Positions 38,701-64,000 of a DNA stretch of 64,000 bases are shown piece by piece (within the stretch, counting starts at the first letter, position 1; each line of letters opens with the position of its first letter). The position numbers and the translations under genes are program-made. The notes beneath the pieces are model-generated. The model was given only the letters and a program-made list of their open reading frames with translations. It ran no database searches and was not told the origin of the DNA. The DNA comes from Tubulanus polymorphus (Eukaryota; Animalia; Nemertea): positions 24,886,560 through 24,950,559 of the forward strand of contig NC_134027.1 in assembly GCF_964204645.1 (NCBI RefSeq), read 5' to 3'.

Positions 38701-41062
38701 CAGTACAGGAGAATTCACCGTTAACAATCACATGTAACGGTTCACAGTCTGGAGCTAAAGGACTGACGTATAAATGGAATGGTGTCAATCTATCAGGACA
38801 GTCTAATAATAAACTCAGTTTTACAGAAGTCAGGAGAACTGATTTAGGTGTTTATACGTGTACAGTGTCGAATACAGCAGGAACAGTTGCTGGTAGTATT
38901 ATTATCAATGTCCTATGTAAGTAAATTAACATATTGATACAACCTATACAAAAAAAAACTTTTCGATATGGCTCCGGCATCCAGTTCTTCAGTCGTGGTT
39001 TAATTGAAATGATTTTAGATATTTCTGTAACTCTCGATCCGACCTTAGGCAAGACGGATTCAAACATAAAAGGTATGCCCACTATTTCATCCTTGTGCAT
39101 TTGACTTATAGTTGATCAGATTCAGAATTTCGGGTTTCTAGCTAATTTGAGCTTCTTTCACTTCCATTTATTTTGGCTAATTCTTTTTGAGGTGATTGCT
39201 CTGAACCGGCTGCCCTGCCTAGGCGTAGGCTTTATTCAAAGTATAAAGACAGCCTGGACGTTTGTATGTTCCAGATGAATAGTAATTATCACTTCGCGCA
39301 TTAGGCATAAGTTACGAAATATCTCAACGCTCGTAGACATAACTTACGAACCAAAAAGTAATTGAACGAGCAAATCATCCAGAAATACAATAAATGCATA
39401 TGTGTTTTTCAAATTTTAAGACCTTAGGTTTTTATATCTATCAATATGTTCAAAACTTCACAAAACATTTTCAATCAGTGTAAATAGCTTCCTTTTAATT
39501 TATGTCAATGTTAAATGAAAGTATAAAGTTCCATCAAAAGTACATCCCTGTTAAGCCTGGTGCCGCCTGATTTGCCCTAGCACAATTCAAGAAGAAAGCC
39601 CTTATGCTGTACGTGCCGCCCGTACGGAACGGGGTCAAAACGTCGCACGGTGGGGGAGGTATGTGACAGTAGTATGCGTGTGTATATGGGGGCGGGCGAG
39701 GGGTTGCGGCTTTATGTGTTTTACATTCCTTTACCGTAGAACCATATTCAGCGTCTTAATTTGTTTCCATCTACAGATTCTACTACCATTAATTGGGGAC
39801 CGTTGACTCGTGGCCCACCGGGAGGTATCGTGGTTTCACTTGTTATCATCACAATTATCGTTGTTAATGTCGTGATTCTATTTGTGAAAATACGCGAAAA
39901 AAATTCGAAAAGGTAGGACACAAAATCTCACCAATATATTTCAGAAAGTTACGTCCTGTATTATACCGACCTTTATCCGATATATTTTATTCGGATCTGA
40001 TAATTTTTCCAGTTCCGCTGCTACAAAGACAAACATTAGAAGCAAGAGTAAGACAACGACAAGAGGTATATTTATATGTATATACATAGTTCCCTACTCC
40101 GTACCTCCACTCAGAATCTAGTGTCAACTCGGAATATGACACTTATGGATGTACAATTTCTAAGTGAGTGATAACATGTAAAATCAGGTGCCTGGTTAAA
40201 TTTGACTTGAGATTAATTCATTTTCACTGTTTCAACTCAGATTGAGTCAGATTTCAACCGAGAATGAATTTGTATTCAGGTCTATGCAAATAAAAAAGTG
40301 GACTTACTTTAGGCCAATGTCATTAGATTTAGTATTTTGAACATGCGATGACAAATCCAAAAAACAGAATATTCCAAGGATCACCGAAAATAGGATCACC
40401 ATTTTGCATTTTTAAATATAATCTATGTGATAACGAAATTTTGCAAGATTTCATATATCAATATACTATTAGGTGCATCATCTTAACTTCAAAGTCGAAT
40501 ATATTCTGTTTACTCTTGGTTTTCAGCTCGAAAAGATGAAGCCGAAATGTCTACGAGAAAACAACGATCTTCCGCTAAAACGAAAGAACCGATTTACGGA
40601 AATCGCGAGGTGCGAAATATTCAACTGCATCATTAATTTTATGCAGTTTAACAAATCAGTTAAAGCAGTTTAACAAATTACAGTTTTCGAGTACATCGAA
40701 ATCTGGGGTGGATGCTTACGGCAAAAAGTGTACATCTCTTCTTAGTAACGCCACACTTATTTTTTCAATCGAATTTTAAGCCTACCGGGGATCAAATCTA
40801 TATAATGAAAAACAGTTAAGCGTCTCAGTAGAGATAAAAGATGTTATTGTAACCATATGTCATCATTTGGGACTGAGAGCGCCCAGTTCAGAGATAATCG
40901 AAGTATCCAAGATGACTTGAAGAATACTGTCCTGCGTCGCCAAATCTATTGATTTTCCATTTCACGACCAAGAGACATCTATTCATTGTTTTACAGATGG
41001 ACGCTGTCGCCAAAGACGCGTCCGCGTTCAGAGACGTCGGCGAGGAATATGAGGAAATCTAG
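35734..41062 (+). CDS. IgSF receptor gene 6 (type B), ~350 aa
   Basis: Exons 35734-35757, 35997-36060, 38034-38384 (V), 38641-38916 (Ig2), 39777-39912 (TM), 40013-40065, 40527-40609, 40997-41062; nearly identical to gene 4. Confidence 0.88.
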
Positions 41063-42689
41063 CAGAAACAATTTTCGAGTCCAAATTTGTATTTGCAAAT
41101 CAATTTACTATAAGTTTAAAAGTCCTTTGGATTAGTTGTAAGCATAATGATCGTTCCAACTTTCTCGGCGAATCTGACTGTAAAAAGTCTTCGTTGCGTA
41201 GTAATAACGTTTGGCTGTGAGCCTAAAACATGTTCTAGGCAGCATATTATACAGATCGCTGATTTCTTTTAGAATCTGCACATTTTTAGCTGCAATAATG
41301 ATATAATAATATAGTTCATAACCTATCCTAGACTTTATTTCCAATCGATTCAAGCACCTTTATTCTAACCCTAACATCAATCTATATAAAAAATTTCACT
41401 TGTATTGCTATATAACCTCGATTCTATTAACATTTTATAAATCCTAGTATAGGTGGAACTCATTTATTCAAGTTAGTGCTCTATTCAGTAACAAACATTT
41501 CTCGGGGAAGTTTTCATCAGCATCAGGCGCAGAAGGTCTTGTCAAATATGTTTTAAAAAATAGGTTAACTGATTGTGGGTTAATCCGGGGTTCACGAAAG
41601 GAATAAAAGAATAACTTGAAAACTTAAAGATTTAGTAGTTCAACTGTATGGAAAGAATACTCGTACAGAAATACACCTGAAAAACTGACTCGATTTACTT
41701 ACATAATGAAAGTGCAAATACTTTTTGAGCATTATTAAACTTGGTTTTGCTAAATCGTTGATTTTTGTAAACTTATGACGCCAATAAACACGACTGAATG
41801 CATGTGAAAATTTCTGTTCTTAATATCTATTTTTTCAAATGTTTTTTTTTCTCTAATGACACGCAATAACAGCGACTCAAAAACCCATAATTAACCGGAT
41901 TGAACATCACAATCGATGATACGTCGACCAACGCAGACAATGAGGCCTGTGGCAGTCGAGGATTCCGCTTGTGGCAAGCGAGGATCCACCGGATTCAGCA
42001 GTAGTCTACTTTCAGAAACGACGCTCGAATTTCTCCAAAATCTATCTTTATCTTCTCACCTTATACGAATGGTAGATAAAAATCGCGCCACATAAAACAT
42101 CAATCCATCTGAGTTTATCAAGAGACTCGATTAGCTTGATGTCTGATGCGGGAGGTTAGAAATGAGTACTCTACTTCGACTGTGGCAATCGAGGATTCTA
42201 CTTGTGGCAAGCGAGGATCCACCAGGTTTGCTAGTGTGCACTCAGACAACAACTCCCCAATTCCTTCTATGATTCAATTAAAGTCTATCCATAATTTCTC
42301 AAATTCTTTGAATGGTGATTAGTAAAATTCACCTTATGAACCTAAAGACCGTCTGAGGAGTGATATTGCCTAATTTCTGATGAGGGAGGCTAGAAATCTA
42401 GATGAAAGTCATATAGTGGGCTAGCTGGTGGCACGGAGTCCTCATTAGACTGCAAGCACTAAAATCCATCCGAGTTGTCGTATTGATGCGCACGCCATCT
42501 AGCCGGATATCTAGCGGCACGACACCGTCCTCAACGAATGAGGAATGATCAACCGAATTTGTGTCAACGGCGGGAAACAATAAAACTAACTCACACCTTG
42601 AAAACTAATAAACATATTGCTTAGTATTGTCGACAATGAGTAACATACAGGTTTTTCCTGTCCTCAATGATGTACTTTTATCAGCAAGT

Positions 42690-43140
42690 AAATTCTGGAT
42701 GTCTATAATGACGTGTAATCCTAATAGTTTAGTTTATCAGTGTCTCCTTGATATGTATAGGGATGACGGCAATAATATCTGTTATTTTATAACGGGCATT
42801 AAGACTTTACTCACTCATCTGAATTTGAATAACCTGTTGGGAAATCTAGGTGCCTGTAGCAATCCTGAATATATTTTAAGTAGCATCAAATCCAAATTAC
42901 AAGACAATTTAATTCATTTTTGGAGTGAACAAGCCGCAAGTCCGAGCAAATTATCTAGAATTTTAGTATTAGAAGTGCAAATGCCAAACTCCGTACCTCA
43001 TCTCACCGACTTATGATATAAAAAGGCAGACACCTGGGATTGAGTAGAGAAAACAGGCTTTGTGATACGTGTAACGGTGTCGAAGATGAGCTGCACTTCA
43101 TCTTAACGTGTAGTAAATTCAACAATCTTAGGAAGACATT
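42690..43140 (+). mobile_element. Degenerate LINE ORF2 3' fragment (duplicate of 27333-27770)
   Basis: KFWMSIMTCNPNSLVYQCLLDMY...; RENRLCDTCNGVEDELHFILTCSKFNNLR CCHC-like motif. Confidence 0.75.
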
Positions 43141-43631
43141 TAATTTGGTAAATGTTGGTGTAAATGATGTAAATGAAATTCTATATATCGCGATATGTCG
43201 ACATAAATATGGCGACTTGTCGAGTTGGAACGCGACAACTGGAGGCACAATGAAAATGCAGATTGTCGATGATAAAATAATATTGAACAAATTCTGGGGT
43301 GCTTTAAAGAATTTACGAATTTTTCTCGCTAAGTCATCTTGCGGACATTATTATAGTTGCTAATTCTATATCAGCTGCAATCATTTTATCAAAATGTATT
43401 AATCACATGGTTCTATCTTATCCAATACTAAATTTTGAAAATATTTATACATTTTTGTTCGAACCCTAACCTACCAATTTAGATTGATATTGTATTGCTC
43501 TATATAACCTCGACATTGATTGACACCAGGAAGAAAAATTTGCTATGACTCAAATAGATAGCTCAATAAGTTCTAAAAGCTTCCTGATATATTGTATCCA
43601 GCAGCATCGAAATGTAAAATCTACCGTAGAT

Positions 43632-49105
<5,474 letters not shown>

Positions 49106-52100
49106 CAGAAACTCGGTTAAGAAGTCATCGCATTACTGAGGGTCGTCTCTATTTTCGAGTCAAAATTCTTCAAATCTATTTACTAAGTTTATGTCGTCAT
49201 TTGGATGAGTCGTCAGCACAATGATAATCCCAACTATCACGACGAGCCCGAATGTAAAAAGCTTTTACGTATCAATGATGGATGTTTTGTTGTGAGCCTA
49301 AAATATGTTCTAGGGGCATATCGCGCAGAATACTGATTTCTTTAAGAATGTGCACAATTTTTTGTATGAAGATATCGACATTTGATTGGTAATTCAATTC
49401 TAGCTACAATAATGATATAATAATGTATCAATCATGTTGTTCATAATATATCCTAGACTTATTTTCAATAGATTTAAGCACCTTTGTTTTAATCTTAACC
49501 GATAAATCTAAATAAAGAATTTCGCTTGTATTGCTGTATATATTCTCAAATATTCTATGATTTGTTTTATAAATCCTAGTATAGGTAGAACTCATTAATA
49601 GGTTGGTTCTGTATTCGGTACTTACATTACTGGGGGGGGGGGGGGGGGTTAGGAATAAGGTGTAGAAAATGTTTTTTTGAAAAGCAAACTGATTGTGGCT
49701 AATTCGGGGTTCACGAAATGAATAAAAGAATACCTTCAAAAGCAAAGAGATCAGCAGTTCAACTATAGAAAAATACAGAAATGATTCTGAAATGCTGATA
49801 CGATAATGAAATTGTCAATAGTTAATTATGGGATGATGTTAAACGGCAAATTTGGTTTTGTAAAGTTGATGATTTTTGTAAACTTTCGTCGTCAATGAAT
49901 ACTGTAATTCGTGTAAACTGTTGTTCTTAATCTTTAGTCATTCAAATGGTTTTTTTTCTCTCTAATGACACGCAATAATATCGACTCAAAAACCCATAAT
50001 ATCGGATTGAACAGCACAATGATGATACGTCGACCAACACAGACAATGAAAACTGTGGCAATCGAGGATTCCGCTTGTGGCAAGCGAGTATACACCAGAT
50101 TCAGCCGCTGTGCGCTTTTAGGATACGACACTTTCGGATTTCTCAAAAATCTATCCTTAATTTCTCGAATTCTGTGAATGATAGTTTAAATCGCGCTATA
50201 CATGAGGCATAAGAATCAATCTGAGTTTATCAAGAGACAACGAGTACCACAGACATTTCGAAAACTGAGCGGTCAGATGTAAAAATGTGCTATAACTTTT
50301 TTTTAAATTCTTAGTTGTCGTATTGATGCGCGCGCCATCTAACGGAATAGCTAGTGGCACGACAGTATCCTCAGCAAATAAGGAATGATCAACCGAATTG
50401 TGTCAAGAGATGGCGTATCGGTCGTCTCGCACGGCTGTCGAGAGTTTCATTGCTGCCTTGAAAAACAATCAAAAATTCATGAAATTGAAAGAAATGAAAC
50501 TTCATGAAAAGAAACACAAAATATGACTCATGAAATTTACGTATCCAATTAGAAAATAAACGCCAAGAAAATTCAGAAATTTAATCGCTATTACGGAACG
50601 CCAATATCAATGACGAAGTGCACATAAACATTATTTTAACGGTTTTTACCAGCCGCGTTGAAAGCAATGCTTTATGGCTGCGGCCAAATGCCGATTTTTG
50701 ACAGATTCTTAATATTGCCGCGGCGAATTGATTTAATTTCTTCAAAAACGTGGTATTCAAAGAAAAAAAATGTCATTCAGTAAATTATTGCCGCGGCTTT
50801 CACCGCTGCAGTCGCTACTGTTCCAACGCCACTGTTTACGGCATCAAAATTAAGCCTGGAGATTAAATCAATTCGTATATCATACATCGTATAGATAAGC
50901 TTCGGTAGATGTTAAGAGAAAATTAAGAAAACTGGCGAATTGCTACATGAATTGAAAGCTGTAATCGAGGGGTATAATCAAATACAGTTTGATGATACGA
51001 AACGACGGACAATAGCGCCGCTTCGTTAGCTACGAATAAATCAAATTACGTCACGAATCTCGCGTCGGGAACGAGATCTCGTCGTCATACGACGCTAATC
51101 TCGTTTCGTTCCGTCGTCGTAATTTTTTCTCGTAATCTAGTCCCACGTGTCGAGTGTGTTTTGGTCGTCGGTGAACAAGTCACGAGCTCTATAGCCGGGT
51201 TCTACTAGGGCGATACATAATATATTCATGGTTCACAAAGAACCGACCGGTCAATGACCTCGCAGCCTCTTATGTTGGTTAACAACCTTAATCTGCACAG
51301 GAACAACCAGTCCTCGCAATATTTCCATCTCCGTCGTAACACGCACCTCCTCTACCGGGACACACATCAGCTTCACCCACCGCACTAACCGTATATGTTC
51401 TTTTCCTACAACATCGATAGCTAAATCTTAGACTCTTATATTTTGAGGGTATGCACTCATTTCAACATTGATTAACATCCGTATTCTGCCACGCATAGTG
51501 CAATGCGCTGCCCTGACTACTCAGTGCCCCCTTAGATTTTATTTCAAAAACTATTTGTATTTTTTTTATATGTTGAATCAAGGAGAAATGAATATCATAT
51601 CATATATGTTTGAACAAATTTTTGAAAAAGAATAGCCGCCAATGTTAAGACAATTTGATTGCCTTGTGTTTTATTGAAGCAGCTACACTTTCATGGGGTC
51701 ATACGTAGTTGGGCCGGGAATAACTGGGACCACTCCCCATCGCAAATGTGCACACAATAATGAACAGTTTATTTTAGTATCGCCTGAGAACATATGTTCA
51801 AATTCTAAGGTTTTATTCGTGTATAATCGATTTTTATTGTAACAACGAATTTGATTCGGTCAACCATGATGATACCAGCGCTATATTCACACAGTATCCC
51901 GCAACGCGAGATGATTTTTTACGAAAATGTGAACTATTCAGAGCCACGAATGAATTAATGAATGAATGAATGAATACAGTGACGTCTCCAAAATACGCAT
52001 AGAGACCGTGAGCTGTATGCGAATAGTTTTTACAACGGAAAATTGGGATGAATTATTCATGGAAATATATATTCGGTGGTCGTTACTTATGCTATAAACC

Positions 52101-52289
52101 AAACAAATGCAGTAAAATGCATTCATCGTTACAAATCCACGTACGTATGTCAAGCCTAGGTATTGCTGGTATAGCAACATCAACAATATCTTTATGAATT
52201 TCAGCGAGGCGAATTCTATTCTTTTACGGACGTACGCGAAGAGACCGGGTCGTCGTAGTAGTTTAAAGGAAATCCAGTTTTATACCATC

Positions 52290-52690
52290 TTCACCCGTCA
52301 AGGGATTCGAACCCACTACGCTAAAGCTGTTCCTCGAACTGGTGGAAGCGAGTTCGGGAGTGATGCCGGACCCCCTGGCAAGCGAGGATGGTTTTACACG
52401 TATCAAAATCTTGTTCTAAAGGCCCATTCTAAGGCCCATTCTAAATCATTCAATGATTCTGGCTGCCATTGCTTTCTAGTGCGGGGTCGCAAGTTTTCGT
52501 GCGGCAAACCTGTGCCTGTACCTGCACTTCCAAGTCTATTGAGGAAGGTAGACTGGTTGCCGGTCTCTACCTTCAGCTATTCTAACTGCGAATGCAGGGG
52601 CGCAGAGTTTGACAGGCGACCAGTCTAGTGAGAAAGGTTTTGTGTCGTGACAGAGTAGAGCGATGCCATCAGGTTCGAATCCCAACCAGG
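52290..52690. mobile_element. tRNA-derived SINE-like fragments
   Basis: B-box-like GGTTCGAATCCC on the minus strand at ~52301-52313 and on the plus strand at ~52672-52683; no complete cloverleaf found. Confidence 0.3.
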
Positions 52691-52979
52691 TAGATGAGAG
52701 GACCAGGGTTTAGGGGGTTCACTGACTTCATACCGGTAACATACAGATTTCTGAACAGCATAAACTGCAGCGAAAACAGCAACAAAACTCCCAATGTCAA
52801 ACGATCACTTTAGCATTACCGAACGCTGACTAGAACCAAGAGCGATCATCGTATTTGATTTTGTACTTTGCGATCAGGAAATGATGGCGACTTGACATTG
52901 GGAAAATTTCAAAATGCTACAATCCGGTGTCAAGTGGTGTTAATGGATTAAGTGCCGAGTTTAAGATAAAAAAATACAC

Positions 52980-53560
52980 GTAGGCTACGCGCGCGCAAAC
53001 AACTCGAGATCGAAGAGGAAAGCTACAGGGATCGATATTGTAATGATTATTATTATTCTCGACGGAGGTGCACACACACACACACGCGCGCTCGAGTGGG
53101 TATATTTCTATCACAGATCGCGCCCGCGCTACAAATGACCGTAATGATTTTTATATTAGGCGGAATTAACGGTAACGATAGGCAATAAACTATCGCAGCC
53201 AACGGTGATAAGCGAGCATTGCGTTCGGTGGTTTGCGGTTTTTCGTGACGACGGTTGATAATTACTGCACAGCCGAGGGCGGAGTGGGAGCGGGAAACTC
53301 AGGCGCGCGTTGATGCGGATTTTTTCGCTGTTCTATAACCGGATGTAACTCCGGGACGCGTCTCGCGGCAGCCGACATCAGACGAGAGTTATGCGTGTGC
53401 TTTTTCTTGCTGCGCGGACACGTGCGAGTTTTTTGACTGGATTTTTATTCGCCGAACATTTCTCGCTACAAAGAGCGGATTCGTTTTAGGTATTCAGTCC
53501 GATGTTTACTCCGCGCAAAATCAATATATCACAGTCGAAAACGTTGGTATTTCGTATCGA
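52980..53560 (+). promoter_or_regulatory. CpG-rich region upstream of the M13 peptidase gene (possible promoter or 5' UTR exon)
   Basis: Local CG/GCGC enrichment against an AT-rich background about 1-1.5 kb upstream of the ATG at 54493; inference only. Confidence 0.3.
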
Positions 53561-54492
53561 TGTCGCGAAAGATGAAAAGCTGATTGATAGATTTTGAAAT
53601 TGAACTCCGATCGGTCTGAGGGATTTTTGCGATCGTATTCAACGTCCTCGATTAGTAATTTCATACATTGCGAGTAATCAAACGATCACGAATTTAACTT
53701 TAATTGATGAATTTTGAAAACGAACTCCGAATACAAAGAATCGGTCTATATCTAACGGATTTTTCTATCTGAAGATTCAAGGATTCTCGTTTGAAAGGCC
53801 CTACCACCGGTGAATCAAAGGATCATGTGCTCATAATACTTTTTTACTAACAAGGATTGAAATTTGATCATCAAATATCATGTCAACATCTTAGGATATT
53901 TTGTTGATGATCGAAAAAAAAACGAAAGCCAGTTTTTTCCCGTTGTCGCTTTTCTCGGCTATAGACTCCGAACACATGCTCTCTGACTGCGCGCGCGAGA
54001 TGCAAAAATAAGACGTTCGTAAACAGTAGGTAAACCTAGAATACTATTCGATAGATTAGCGGCTAATCTCGCAAGATTATCTCGACGAGTCGGATACACA
54101 AAGCAGAGAATAGTTGATCTGGATCTGGTTTCCGGTGCGAGCGCGGGGGTAGAGACCCGGAGACTTCACGATCGCGAGCGCGCGGTTTTATATAGTTATA
54201 TAGGATGAACAAAGAAACATCGCCCGCAGGCAGTCGATGAGTAAACAGGAATAACGTTTATCTTCACTGAGAGTAACCGACGCCGTTCAGACAAGAGCGG
54301 TTTTGGTTTCACGCGCGCTATCATTTTTTAACCTCGGTCACAGTATTAGAGGAATGATTTATTTTCAGTCATTAATTATCGTCAAAAATGCATATGTCAT
54401 TATACGTTATATGCCGATATAGAAATTCTCATTGAAAAACAATAATAGAAAAGTTTTTTTCGTATATATGTTTATATGTATTCAATTCGACA

Positions 54493-63241
<8,749 letters not shown>

Positions 63242-64000
63242 GTATTGAATCGCCCGCCTTGGGTCGAGACTAAAGAGATTAAAGTCGCGCTCTCTTCGAC
63301 CCAAGCCAAATTTAGGATTAGGCCCGGGCCGACCATTTAATACAAGGGTGGCCAGTGGGTGCATGTTTGACGCGGGCCAAATTAACTAACCAAAAACATC
63401 GGGCCATGCCTGTGCAGGAAGCACGAGTCACGCGTGTGACTCTTGTTCTATAGACGCAACCCCTTCGCTTGTCGCTGCATTGTTAAGTATCGAGTGAGCG
63501 AGAGAAAAAGAGAAATCCCGCAGTAAATTCAGCCAACGATGAAGAAAGTTCAAAGGTTTATTTGAACAACGTTTCGACTTATCGACTAATAGCTATTTGT
63601 CTGTAGGAATTAGTCTTAAGCCGAAACTATTACTCAAATATATAAACCTTAACCTTATACTCAAGATCTTTACATGATTATTTCTTCGATTTTGGCTGAT
63701 TTATTTTGGGATTACTCATCGTTTATTCATCTCACATGGAAATTGAGTATCTTCTCGACTTATCGAGTGAGTGATTCAGGCGTATAATTAAGCACCGCCC
63801 AATTCGACTCGGGTCTGGTCCGGCCAGTTTGACCGGGGGCAAATCGTCTGCTAAATTCATCGAAATCCAGGTGAATACACCGACTTTCGACACGATCTCT
63901 GGTTATCGTACGGGAATTCCCTAGTCAGAATGATCTTACGCAAAAACCTGTCATCAATGTCTTTCGGCGAAGTGGTAGTCAGTGCGAAAGGCGAAAAGTC

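Noticed and set aside
52194-52628. 144-aa ORF as a protein-coding gene
   Set aside because: It overlaps SINE/tRNA-like repeat fragments and has no recognisable motif.

Overview
Animal (probably invertebrate) genomic DNA with GT-AG spliceosomal introns; the ORF track mostly shows exon fragments or noise. Bases ~1.2-49.1 kb hold a head-to-tail + strand array of seven paralogous immunoglobulin-superfamily (IgSF) receptor genes, which I spliced by hand with consistent exon phases. Each has a two-exon signal peptide, an atypical 6-cysteine V-type Ig domain, one or two further Ig domains, a TM helix and a cytoplasmic tail carrying (E)PIYGN/NIYGN and ending in EEYEEI-stop. The order is A (divergent, 3 Ig), a truncated copy with two tandem V exons, B, B (2 Ig, Asn in TM), C (3 Ig), B, C. 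Genes 5 and 7 have nearly identical introns and membrane-proximal exons but strongly diverged, mosaic V exons. This is the pattern expected of a diversifying immune or allorecognition-type receptor family shaped by unequal crossover and gene conversion; that function is inferred, not shown. From ~54.5 kb a neprilysin/ECE-like (M13 peptidase) type II membrane protein gene begins and runs off the window. Also present are Penelope-type minimal hammerhead ribozymes, LINE fragments, MITEs and microsatellites.
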